Positions 10,930 to 19,257 of a DNA stretch of 60,444 bases are shown here, piece by piece. The stretch is from positions 1-60,444 of the forward strand of contig CALINM010000065.1 in NCBI GenBank assembly GCA_938045315.1, read 5' to 3'. A program made the position numbers and the translations under genes. This DNA is from an uncultured bacterium (lineage in GTDB: Bacteria > CALINM01). Under the pieces are notes generated by a model. The model worked only from the letters and a program-made list of their open reading frames with translations, had not been told where the DNA came from and made no database searches. Every line of letters starts with the position of its first letter. Positions within the stretch are counted from its first letter, which is position 1.

Positions 10930-11118
10930 AAAAAAAAATCCCCAGAATGCCGTGTGTATTATGGGCTTATAAGCTTAAAACTACTAAGTGGAGCCAGTGT
11001 TGATCGCTTTAGGCTTCCTCCTACGCGGGAGGCTTGCACACCACGATCAGGGACCAGCTCCCTTCTAAGAGGTGTTGGCTCAAGCCCTTAAATACATCAC
11101 GTACATCCCAGGGATTTT
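10930..11118 (-). ncRNA. ssrS: 6S RNA (RNA polymerase-sequestering sRNA)
   Basis: About 190 nt. It is GC-richer than its surroundings. A long closing stem pairs AUCCCUGGGAUGUACGUGAUGUAUU with AAUACACACGGCAUUCUGGGGAU, and its G-U pairs work only on the minus strand. Internal stems are GGGCUU/AAGCCC, GGAGCUGG/CUGGCUCC and UGAUCG/CGAUCA, with apical hairpin GCCUCC-CGCGUA-GGAGG and a large central asymmetric bubble. It ends in a U9 run and lies directly after zapA, as in E. coli zapA-ssrS. Confidence 0.6.
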
Positions 11119-11393
11119 TTATTCCCCTGAAATTACGCTTTCAATAAGTTCTTTTTTTCTTTCTAAAAACTCTCCAAAACGGTTTAAATTTTTACTTTGT
11201 CTAACATATTCTTCAGCTACATTAAGCAATGCCAGCATCAACATTTGTATAGGCGACCTTAGCACATCCCTTTCTTTGATTTCCTGCAATTTTTTTTTAC
11301 AAGCTCTTCAACTAATCTCACATCTTCATCACTTAAATCAGTAACAACCTGGAATTTATTTCCTAAAACAGTAATTTCATAAAAGCGATTCAC
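11119..11393 (-). pseudogene. zapA: Cell division protein ZapA, reading frame broken at an A9 tract
   Basis: The GTG at 11393 gives VNRFYEITVLGNKFQVVTDLSDEDVRLVEELVKK. After the A9 run (plus-strand T9, 11290-11298) the ZapA-like sequence continues in another frame: LQEIKERDVLRSPIQMLMLALLNVAEEYVRQSKNL...GE*. One extra A restores a 91-aa ZapA. No ORF is listed in the track. Confidence 0.6.
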
Positions 11394-11628
11394 TTCCCTT
11401 TTCCTCAAAATATTTTGTTATTTTCTCAATTACATTTTCTAACCGTTTTGATGCTTCTTTTCTTTCAAGCTTGAGCTTACTAACCTCTTCTTGAAGTTTT
11501 AATATCTCTTTCTCTTTTTCTTCCAAGCTCCTTCTTAAATCTATGTTATCGGCCTTTAAAGCCTGGTATTTCTCAACCAGTTGATCAATTTTTATACTTA
11601 AATCTTCTAACTTTTTTTCAAATTCCAT
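11377..11628 (-). CDS. ZapB-like coiled-coil cell division protein
   Basis: 83-aa all-heptad coiled coil located immediately upstream of zapA, which its 3' end overlaps by 17 nt. Confidence 0.5.
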   Translation of the reverse strand: MEFEKKLEDLSIKIDQLVEKYQALKADNIDLRRSLEEKEKEILKLQEEVSKLKLERKEASKRLENVIEKITKYFEEKGSESLL

Positions 11629-11682
11629 GTTATATTTCCTTTCACTTTTAGTTTTTCACAAATTTTACAAAAAATCAAGTAC

Positions 11683-12981
11683 CTAATCCTTAAGTTCACC
11701 TTTCATATAAAGATCATAAGCTGTGAGATCAAAATAACCATGCCCGCTTAAATTAAATAGAATTACCCTTTCTTCTCTAAGCTCCCTGGCCTTTATTGCT
11801 TCATCAATTGCAACTCTAATGGCATGTGAAGATTCAGGAGCAGGGATTATTCCTTCTGTTCTACTAAAAATTAAGGCTGCTTCAAAAACCCTGGTTTGTT
11901 CTACACTCACTGCTTCTATTAAATTTTGGTTGTAAAGATAAGAAATTATTGGTGAATCACCATGATATCTAAGACCACCAGCGTGTATTGACGGTGGAAT
12001 AAAATCATGACCAAGGGTATACATTTTCATAAGTGGGGTTAACCCTGCTTCATCTCCAAAATCATACTCAAACTTGCCAGCCGTTAGAGTTGGACATGCA
12101 GCTGGTTCAACGGCAATAAATCTCATATTTTTTTTCCCATTATGAAACTTATCCATAAGGAAGGGAAATACAATACCACCAAAATTGCTTCCACCACCCA
12201 CACATGCAATAACAACATCGGGTTCTAAATTTATTCTCTTAAATTGTTCTTTAGCCTCCAAACCTATTACAGTTTGATGTAGAAGTACATGGTTCAATAC
12301 ACTACCAAGCGCATAATGGGTATCATTATGTGTCGCTGCATCTTCTACAGCTTCACTGATTGCTATACCTAAACTTCCAGGGTTATTAGGATCTTTTTCC
12401 AGAACCTTTTTGCCCGACTGTGTAAAGGGACTTGGACTCGGAATTACTTTACCCCCCCAGGTTTCCATGAGAATTCTTCTATAGGGCTTCTGGTTATAAC
12501 TAACCTTTACCATATATACTGTACACTCTATTCCAAAGAGATTGCAGGCAAAACTAAGAGCAGAACCCCACTGGCCAGCACCTGTTTCAGTTGATAGCCT
12601 TTTAATCCCCTCAATCTTGTTAAAATAAGCCTGGGGTACAGATGTATTTGGTTTATGACTTCCAGCGGCTGATACACTCTCATCTTTAAAAAAGATTTTT
12701 GCTGGAGTATTTAGAAATTTTTCAAGTCTATAAGCTCTTCTTAATGGTGTGGGTCTCCATAATCTATACACTTCTAAAACTTCTTCAGGGATATCAATCC
12801 ATCTTTTATCACTAACTTCCTGTTCAATTAATGCCTGTGGAAATATTGCAAGAAGTTTATCGGGAGTAACAGGCTCTTTAGTTTCAGGATCTAAATATGG
12901 CTCAAGTTTGCCAGGTAAATCAGGTAAAATGTTGTACCATTTTTTGGGCAGCTCAGTATCACTGAGGTAAACATTTCTCAT
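11683..12981 (-). CDS. trpB: Tryptophan synthase beta chain, TrpB2 (stand-alone) type
   Basis: TrpB2-type N-terminus ([13 protein letters not shown]), PLP lysine motif GSHKPNT, GGGSN loop; no adjacent trpA. Confidence 0.9.
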   Translation of the reverse strand: MRNVYLSDTELPKKWYNILPDLPGKLEPYLDPETKEPVTPDKLLAIFPQALIEQEVSDKRWIDIPEEVLEVYRLWRPTPLRRAYRLEKFLNTPAKIFFKDESVSAAGSHKPNTSVPQAYFNKIEGIKRLSTETGAGQWGSALSFACNLFGIECTVYMVKVSYNQKPYRRILMETWGGKVIPSPSPFTQSGKKVLEKDPNNPGSLGIAISEAVEDAATHNDTHYALGSVLNHVLLHQTVIGLEAKEQFKRINLEPDVVIACVGGGSNFGGIVFPFLMDKFHNGKKNMRFIAVEPAACPTLTAGKFEYDFGDEAGLTPLMKMYTLGHDFIPPSIHAGGLRYHGDSPIISYLYNQNLIEAVSVEQTRVFEAALIFSRTEGIIPAPESSHAIRVAIDEAIKARELREERVILFNLSGHGYFDLTAYDLYMKGELKD

Positions 12982-13054
12982 TTTTGAACTCCTAAGTTTT
13001 TTGATGCATCATTATACTACATGTTTTTTTAAAAGCAAAAAATCTTTTTAAATT

Positions 13055-13082
13055 TTGTCTCAATAATATAAAATGCTACTAT
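13055..13082 (+). promoter_or_regulatory. Possible sigma-70 promoter of the DAHP synthase gene
   Basis: TTGTCT-N16-TACTAT, followed by AGGAGG SD and the ATG at 13102. The AT-rich context makes this weak evidence. Confidence 0.3.
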
Positions 13083-13101
13083 GCTCTGAAAGGAGGAGAA
13101 T

Positions 13102-14121
13102 ATGTTAATTGTAATGCATCATAACGCTTCCGATAAAGATATCGAAAGGGTTAAAAAAATAATTATTGATATGGGGTATAAACCAGTTGTTATTCCCGGT
13201 GCAGAAAGGACCGCCATAGGCGTTATAGGTAATCAAGGATGGGTTGACGATGCACCATTTAGAGGAATTAAGGGAATTTTAGAAATAATACACGTAACTA
13301 AGCCATATAAACTTGTAAGTAGAGATTTTCATCCCCATGACACTATTATTAAATTAAGTGATAGAATAAAAATTGGTGGTAAGTCTCCATTTTTAGTAAT
13401 TGCAGGACCATGCGCAGTAGAAAGTAGAGAACAGGTTTTTAAAACCGCTCAGTTTTTAAAAAAACTGGGAGTAAAAGTTATAAGAGGTGGAGCTTTTAAG
13501 CCAAGAACAAGCCCTCACAGTTTTCAGGGATTAAGGGAGGAGGGGCTTAAAATCTTGTACGATGTTAAGAAGGAGCTGGATTTGTTAACAATAACTGAAG
13601 TCATGAGTCCAGAACATATTGAAATGGTTGAAAAACATGTTGATATTTTGCAGATTGGTGCAAGAAATATGCAAAACTTTGACCTTCTTAAGGAAGTGGG
13701 AAAAACAAAGAAACCCGTAGTTTTAAAAAGGGGATTGTCTGCTACGATAGAAGAATGGCTTGCATCTGCAGAATACATATTACTTGAGGGTAATCCAAAT
13801 GTTATCCTTTGTGAAAGGGGCATTAGAACCTTTGAAACAGCCACAAGAAATACATCAGATCTCTCTGTAATACCTCTTGTAAAATCTTTTACACATTTGC
13901 CAATAATATTTGATCCAAGCCATGCAACAGGTAAAAAAAATCTAGTTCCCCCGATGGCTTTAGCTTCTATCATCGTGGGCAGTCATGGTGTGATGATCGA
14001 AGTTCACCCTGAACCAGAACATGCTTTATCAGATGGTCCACAATCTTTGAATTTCAAAGAATTTGAAAAACTTTATTTAAAAATTAATAAACTTTTAACT
14101 TTTATGGAAGAGTTTGAATAG
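13102..14121 (+). CDS. 3-deoxy-7-phosphoheptulonate (DAHP) synthase, type I-beta with N-terminal ferredoxin-like regulatory domain
   Basis: KPRTSP, IGARNMQN and DPSH motifs; about 70-aa N-terminal extension as in Thermotoga-type enzymes. Confidence 0.9.
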   Translation: MLIVMHHNASDKDIERVKKIIIDMGYKPVVIPGAERTAIGVIGNQGWVDDAPFRGIKGILEIIHVTKPYKLVSRDFHPHDTIIKLSDRIKIGGKSPFLVIAGPCAVESREQVFKTAQFLKKLGVKVIRGGAFKPRTSPHSFQGLREEGLKILYDVKKELDLLTITEVMSPEHIEMVEKHVDILQIGARNMQNFDLLKEVGKTKKPVVLKRGLSATIEEWLASAEYILLEGNPNVILCERGIRTFETATRNTSDLSVIPLVKSFTHLPIIFDPSHATGKKNLVPPMALASIIVGSHGVMIEVHPEPEHALSDGPQSLNFKEFEKLYLKINKLLTFMEEFE

Positions 14122-14123
14122 AT

Positions 14124-14714
14124 TTATCTCGCACCTTTTTTAAGTTCTATTAATACCAGCTTTATCACCGCCTTTAGTGTTTCAAAAACACCGATACCTT
14201 TAGGCGCTATAGCTTCAAAATCAGGCACTCCTTGAGGATTAATAATTTTTCTTATTTCTTCTACTGGTACAGCAGAAGGCAGATCTCTTTTATTGTATTG
14301 AATAACATAAGGTATTTGCTCTATATCATACCCATGTTCATGAAGGTTTTCTTTCATATTTTCAAAACTTTCAATGTTAGCATCCATTCTCTCTGCCTGT
14401 GAATCCACAACAAATACAATACCATCCACTCCTTTTAAAATAAGCTTTCTACTGGCATCATAGAAAATTTGCCCAGGAACCGTATAGAGATGAAACCTGG
14501 TCTTGAAACCCTTTATTTCGCCCAATGATAGGGGTAAAAAATCAAAAAAAAGTGTTCTTTCTGTTTCAGTTGCTAGGGATATCATTTTACCCTTTGATTC
14601 AGGATTGGTCTTATCATAAATATATTGGAGATTTGTTGTCTTACCACATAAGCCACAACCATAATAAACTATCTTACAGTTTATTTCCCTTGCAGAATAA
14701 TTTATAAATGACAT
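14124..14714 (-). CDS. mglA: Ras-like small GTPase MglA
   Basis: [16 protein letters not shown]-loop, LYTVPGQ, QYNKRD; paired with a Roadblock/LC7 gene. Confidence 0.85.
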   Translation of the reverse strand: MSFINYSAREINCKIVYYGCGLCGKTTNLQYIYDKTNPESKGKMISLATETERTLFFDFLPLSLGEIKGFKTRFHLYTVPGQIFYDASRKLILKGVDGIVFVVDSQAERMDANIESFENMKENLHEHGYDIEQIPYVIQYNKRDLPSAVPVEEIRKIINPQGVPDFEAIAPKGIGVFETLKAVIKLVLIELKKGAR

Positions 14715-14733
14715 TTAATTACCAAGCTCCTGG

Positions 14734-15219
14734 CTAAATATTAAAAAGCTTATCTATATCTTCATCAGTAATCTCTGCAAAAGGAGATTCTGAACTCGCT
14801 GCTTTTTTCGATTTCTCTGCTAACTTATCAAAAATGCTTGCCAATTCATCTGAAGCTTTTCTAACCCGCAGCCTGACAAGTCCCAGAGATGATCTATTGT
14901 CAAAAATAACCACAAGTATCACCCTTTGTCCCACTATAGATATATGAATATTGTCTTTTTCTCCTTCGTGGAAGATTATAGAAAATTCTTTTTCGCCTAT
15001 TAATTTTGCAAGACCACCTGTTGCTGCTATATTTCCGGCGGTTAATGAGGCAAGGGAAGTACTATCAAAGTTCTCAGTTTCGCCCGATTGAGAGATTAGT
15101 TGGCCATCCTTATCAACAAGAAAAACAGCTTTTGCATTAGAGTCCCTTACAAGCTTATCCAGAATTGAAGATATTTGCTTTGCTTCTTCCTCATACATTA
15201 CAAGCTGTGGATAAGCCAT
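14734..15219 (-). CDS. mglB: Roadblock/LC7 domain protein MglB (GAP of MglA)
   Basis: 161 aa, Roadblock-like core, directly upstream of mglA. Confidence 0.75.
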   Translation of the reverse strand: MAYPQLVMYEEEAKQISSILDKLVRDSNAKAVFLVDKDGQLISQSGETENFDSTSLASLTAGNIAATGGLAKLIGEKEFSIIFHEGEKDNIHISIVGQRVILVVIFDNRSSLGLVRLRVRKASDELASIFDKLAEKSKKAASSESPFAEITDEDIDKLFNI

Positions 15220-15245
15220 TTATTTCCTTCCTTATTTTTTTAATG

Positions 15246-15274
15246 AATATATCAAAGGTTATTTTATGATGCAA
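15246..15274 (-). promoter_or_regulatory. Possible sigma-70 promoter of mglBA
   Basis: Minus strand reads TTGCAT-N17-TATATT, about 27 nt upstream of the mglB ATG, with a GGAAGGA SD between. Confidence 0.35.
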
Positions 15275-15280
15275 GAACTT

Positions 15281-16240
15281 TTAAGCAAAAACTTCTGCCT
15301 TTTTTAATAATATCTCCCATTCTCTGTCAACATATTTCTGAATTTCTTCAATTAACCCTTCATATTTGGGTGAAAAAAGATGTTTGAATCTCCCTTGTTT
15401 TTCAAGCCAGTCTTTAACAGGCCTTTTTTCTTTAGGAATATAATTCACTTTCCAGTGATAACCTTCATCAACTTCATAAAGTGGCCATATACAGGCATCT
15501 ACTGCTATCTGTGCCATTTCCACTGTTAATTCAGAAGGATGCTGCCATCCCCTTGGGCAGGGTGCTAGGACATTTATAAAAGAAGGTCCATTTTTATCGA
15601 GAGCTTTCCTGACCTTTGTCATAAAATCTCGGGGGTTATTTATAGATGCTTGCGCCACATAATCAGGTTTATGTTCTGCAATAATTGCTGTTAAATCTTT
15701 TCTGTGTTGCAATTTTCCCGGAACTTTTTTCCCCGCAGGTGCAGTTGTTGTAGAAGCACCAAAGGGTGTTGCTGAACTTCTTTGAATACCCGTATTCATA
15801 TATGCCTCATTATTATAACAAACAAAAAGAATGTTATGCCTTCTTTCCATAGCACCCGATAATGCCTGAAAACCAATATCATAAGTACCACCATCACCAC
15901 CAACTGCTATAAATTTTATATCTTTATTGATTTTACCCTGCCTTTTCAAAGATTTATACATAGCTTCAACACCTGAAATCGTTGCAGCAGCATTTTCAAA
16001 AGCTGTATGTATATAAGGTACTCTCCAGGATGTATATGGATATAAAGTAGTTGAAACTTCTACACATCCTGTTGCATTTGAAACAACAACATTATCCGGA
16101 TAAGCAGCCATAAACATATGCCTTAAAGCAATAGGAGCACCACAACCAGCACACAATCTATGACCACGAGTAAACATTTCTTTTTCCTTTTCATATCTCT
16201 CAGCTAATTCTTTGAAATTCAACACAAGTTTTCCTTCCAT
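15281..16240 (-). CDS. porB: Pyruvate/2-oxoacid:ferredoxin oxidoreductase, beta (TPP-binding) subunit
   Basis: GDGGTYDIG TPP motif; conserved CAGCG N-terminal cysteines. Confidence 0.85.
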   Translation of the reverse strand: MEGKLVLNFKELAERYEKEKEMFTRGHRLCAGCGAPIALRHMFMAAYPDNVVVSNATGCVEVSTTLYPYTSWRVPYIHTAFENAAATISGVEAMYKSLKRQGKINKDIKFIAVGGDGGTYDIGFQALSGAMERRHNILFVCYNNEAYMNTGIQRSSATPFGASTTTAPAGKKVPGKLQHRKDLTAIIAEHKPDYVAQASINNPRDFMTKVRKALDKNGPSFINVLAPCPRGWQHPSELTVEMAQIAVDACIWPLYEVDEGYHWKVNYIPKEKRPVKDWLEKQGRFKHLFSPKYEGLIEEIQKYVDREWEILLKKAEVFA

Positions 16241-16256
16241 ATCTACTCCTTTTGTT

Positions 16257-17435
16257 CTAATCTCTCAAATTTACATAATCAAACATCTTGATATTTCCAG
16301 AATCTAAGTAATTCCGCATCTCTTTAAAAACATTTTCCACATGATAAGGCAAAAAGTCTCTTTGCCCTAACCCAAATATCCTATTAATAACTGTGGGATT
16401 GCTCTCAATAGTTTGAAGAGCTGATTTTATCTCCAAATATAGCGGACCTCCTTCTGCACCAAAAGTCTCTGCTCTATCAAGGACACAAATAATTTTAGAA
16501 TTTTTGAGGGTGTCTGCTATCTCTTTGAATGGAAATGGTCTAAATACTCTAGGTTTTAAAACCCCAGCTTTTATCCCTTTCTCTCTTAAATTTTTAACCA
16601 CATGCTTTACAGTACCAGCAGCGGAATTCATCACAACAAAAACAAAATCAGCATCATCTAACATATAGTTTTCAAAATTACTATAATATCTCCCAAACCT
16701 TTGACTAAACTCCTCTCCCACTTCCAGAATTACCTGCCTTGCCCTTTCCATCCCCTCTCTAACCTGCCTTTTAAACTCCATATAATAGTTAGGCAAAACC
16801 ATAGCACCAAATGTTTCAGGTTTTTCAACATTAAGAAGAGATTTATATGGCTTAAACTCCCCAACGAAATCTCTAACTTCTTTATCTTCCATATACTGCA
16901 TCTTTTCATAGGAGTGACTGATTATAAAACCATCCACACAAACCATTACAGGAAGTTTCACATCTTTGTGTTCAGCGATTCTTATAGCCTGAATAACATT
17001 ATCATAAGCTTCCTGAGCATTCTCTGAAAATATCTGTATCCATCCTGTATCTCTTGCGCCCATAGCATCAGAATGATCACAATGTATATTTAACGGTGCA
17101 GAAAGTGCCCTGTTAACACATGTCATTACAATTGGACAACGTAGCCCCGATGCGACAGAAAGTAGTTCCCACATATAGGCAAGCCCTGCTGAAGATGTGG
17201 CTGTCATAACCCTTCCACCAGCTAAAGATGCTCCTATACAGGCGCTCATTGCACTATGTTCACTTTCAACAGTAACAAGCTCTGTATTCACCTCTCCATT
17301 AGAAACAAAATCAGCAAATATCATCATAATCTCTGTGGAGGGTGTTATTGGATAAGCAGCACAAACATCGGGATTAATCTGTTTCATAGCCGTTGCCACA
17401 GCCAGATTACCGGTAAAAGCATCAAACTTTTGCAC
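16257..17435 (-). CDS. porA: Pyruvate/2-oxoacid:ferredoxin oxidoreductase, alpha subunit
   Basis: 392 aa; typical N-terminus (GNLAVATAMKQINPDVCAAYPITPST). Confidence 0.85.
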   Translation of the reverse strand: MQKFDAFTGNLAVATAMKQINPDVCAAYPITPSTEIMMIFADFVSNGEVNTELVTVESEHSAMSACIGASLAGGRVMTATSSAGLAYMWELLSVASGLRCPIVMTCVNRALSAPLNIHCDHSDAMGARDTGWIQIFSENAQEAYDNVIQAIRIAEHKDVKLPVMVCVDGFIISHSYEKMQYMEDKEVRDFVGEFKPYKSLLNVEKPETFGAMVLPNYYMEFKRQVREGMERARQVILEVGEEFSQRFGRYYSNFENYMLDDADFVFVVMNSAAGTVKHVVKNLREKGIKAGVLKPRVFRPFPFKEIADTLKNSKIICVLDRAETFGAEGGPLYLEIKSALQTIESNPTVINRIFGLGQRDFLPYHVENVFKEMRNYLDSGNIKMFDYVNLRD

Positions 17436-17446
17436 TTTTTTCCTCC

Positions 17447-17737
17447 TTATGTTTTTTCAGGTACCATTTCAATTGCACTAGCTTTTTTTGGACATTCGTG
17501 AGCACATATTCCACATCCCTTGCAATATTCATAGTTTATACCAGCTACTTTCCCTTCTTTAATGAGAATTGACGAATCGGGACAAAAAGTCCAGCACCTA
17601 TAACACTGAATACATTTATCTTTATACCATATAGGTCTAAAGCTTCTCCATGTTCCCGTCTTATACTCTTCTGAGTTACCAGCCTCTTCTATAACTGCAC
17701 CTTTAGGAATTTCTCTCCAGCTCTTTAGTTCACTCAT
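17447..17737 (-). CDS. porD: Pyruvate/2-oxoacid:ferredoxin oxidoreductase, delta subunit (2x[4Fe-4S])
   Basis: CIQCYRCWTFCP and CKGCGICAHECP motifs. Confidence 0.85.
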   Translation of the reverse strand: MSELKSWREIPKGAVIEEAGNSEEYKTGTWRSFRPIWYKDKCIQCYRCWTFCPDSSILIKEGKVAGINYEYCKGCGICAHECPKKASAIEMVPEKT

Positions 17738-18306
17738 TCGCCCTTAACCTCCTCATAGGCTCTTTTTATTGCTTCTAAATTGCCTATTATAATCTTCTCA
17801 GAAAACTTCTTATGAGCAAAAGTATGTTTTACATGGTTTAAAAATGTTTCCAATGGTAGAATCTGAGTAACCCTTAAAAGAGCGCCTAACATAGGTGTAT
17901 TAGGAATTACCCTGCCAAGGCATTCGAGGGATATTTTGTTAGCATCTACAGTATATATTTTTTTCCCAGAAATATTAAGTTCTTTACGTATTGCAGAAGG
18001 ATTCTTGCCCGTATTTAGTATTACATCCGCATCTTCTGTAGCCCCTTCAAGAAAATTTTCTGAATATATTAGACTTGGGTCTACAACTATAACAACATTT
18101 GGATTTATAACAGGGCAGTGGGTTAAAATCTTCTCATCACTGATAATATTATAAGCCTTAACTGGAGCACCCATCCTTTCAGGACCATATTCTGGGAAAG
18201 CTTGAAAATAGAGCGGTGTTTCAATCATTGATTCACCAAGTGTCTTTGCAGCGGTTACTGTTCCCTGCCCACCTCTTCCATGCCATCTTATTTCCAGTGT
18301 TTTCAT
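17734..18306 (-). CDS. porG: Pyruvate/2-oxoacid:ferredoxin oxidoreductase, gamma subunit
   Basis: IRWHGRGGQG motif. The ATG at 18306 is preceded by GAGGGGGG; the track start at 18318 is a TTG inside the SD. Confidence 0.85.
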   Translation of the reverse strand: MKTLEIRWHGRGGQGTVTAAKTLGESMIETPLYFQAFPEYGPERMGAPVKAYNIISDEKILTHCPVINPNVVIVVDPSLIYSENFLEGATEDADVILNTGKNPSAIRKELNISGKKIYTVDANKISLECLGRVIPNTPMLGALLRVTQILPLETFLNHVKHTFAHKKFSEKIIIGNLEAIKRAYEEVKGE

Positions 18307-18328
18307 AACCCCCCTCAAAAAAAAATTT

Positions 18329-18937
18329 TTATTCTAATTCCCTTCTTTCTTTTATTGCCACTGCCATGGTCACTTCATCTAAATACTCAATGTCACTACC
18401 CATAGGAATACCATGAGCAATTTTTGTAATTTTAAGATTAACATCTTTGAGAAAATCTTTTATATATAACGCTGTTGCTTCTGCCTCCATGCTTGGATTT
18501 AAAGCTAAAATAATTTCTGATATTTTATATAATAAAATAGAATTTTTCAACTCATTAATTCTAAGATCTTCAAAACGCCTATTTTCCATAGGTGAAACAA
18601 GACCGCCTAAAACATGGTATCTTCCTCTAAACTGTCCTGTCCTTTCTATGGATATCAGATCCCCCACATCTTCAACGACGCAAAGTATTCCTTCTTCCCT
18701 TTTTGGATCTTTACATATCTCACACAGATCATCCTCAGCTATGTTAAAACACCTTTTGCAAATTTTAATATTCTTATATACATTTATAAATGCCTCTCCC
18801 AAATTTTTAAAAAAACTCAAATCATTCCTTAACGCAAAAAGTATCATTCTCAAAGCAGTCTTATCACCTATACCCGGAAATTTAGTTAGTTCTGAAATCA
18901 GCTTTTGTATGGATTCTGGAAGGGTAAAAGTAACCAT
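18329..18937 (-). CDS. recR: Recombination protein RecR
   Basis: HhH (KFPGIGDKTALR), C4 zinc finger (CKRC...CEIC), Toprim domain. Confidence 0.95.
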   Translation of the reverse strand: MVTFTLPESIQKLISELTKFPGIGDKTALRMILFALRNDLSFFKNLGEAFINVYKNIKICKRCFNIAEDDLCEICKDPKREEGILCVVEDVGDLISIERTGQFRGRYHVLGGLVSPMENRRFEDLRINELKNSILLYKISEIILALNPSMEAEATALYIKDFLKDVNLKITKIAHGIPMGSDIEYLDEVTMAVAIKERRELE

Positions 18938-19257
18938 TAAAATAAACCCGGCAAGTTAATTCCCATGCCACCAGTTATTTTGTTCATTTCCTCTTTTATT
19001 GTATTCGCAGCCTTTTCCTGGGCAGATTTAATAGCAGCAAAAATTAAATCTTCTAACATCTCAGGATCATCGGGGCTTATAGCTTCCTTAGAAATATTCA
19101 AAGACAATAGCATAAGTTTACCATTAACAACTGCTTTTACCAATCCTCCACCTGACTGACCTTCAAACTCTTTTGCATCCAGCTCCTGTTGAAATCTTAA
19201 CATTTTCTCCTGTAAAGCCTGAGCCTGTTTAATCAAATTACCAAACTGTCTACTCAT
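18937..19257 (-). CDS. ybaB: Nucleoid-associated protein YbaB/EbfC
   Basis: NLIKQAQALQEKM...GGGLVKAVVNG motif. A GGGAGG SD precedes the ATG at 19257. Conserved dnaX-ybaB-recR order. Confidence 0.9.
   Translation of the reverse strand: MSRQFGNLIKQAQALQEKMLRFQQELDAKEFEGQSGGGLVKAVVNGKLMLLSLNISKEAISPDDPEMLEDLIFAAIKSAQEKAANTIKEEMNKITGGMGINLPGLF

Noticed and set aside
11072-11344. 90-aa plus-strand ORF
   Set aside because: It is antisense to the 6S RNA and to frameshifted zapA. The product is Ser/Leu/Phe-rich and low in complexity, whereas the minus strand gives a recognisable ZapA.
13524-13973. Long antisense ORFs (13524..13973, 18447..18959, 24340..24930, 32739..33296, 56487..57014 and similar)
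   Set aside because: Each is fully embedded antisense to a gene with strong family motifs (DAHP synthase, recR, U32, molybdoenzyme, ftsH). Each has a Ser/Leu/Phe/Ile-biased composition typical of shadow ORFs in AT-rich DNA.
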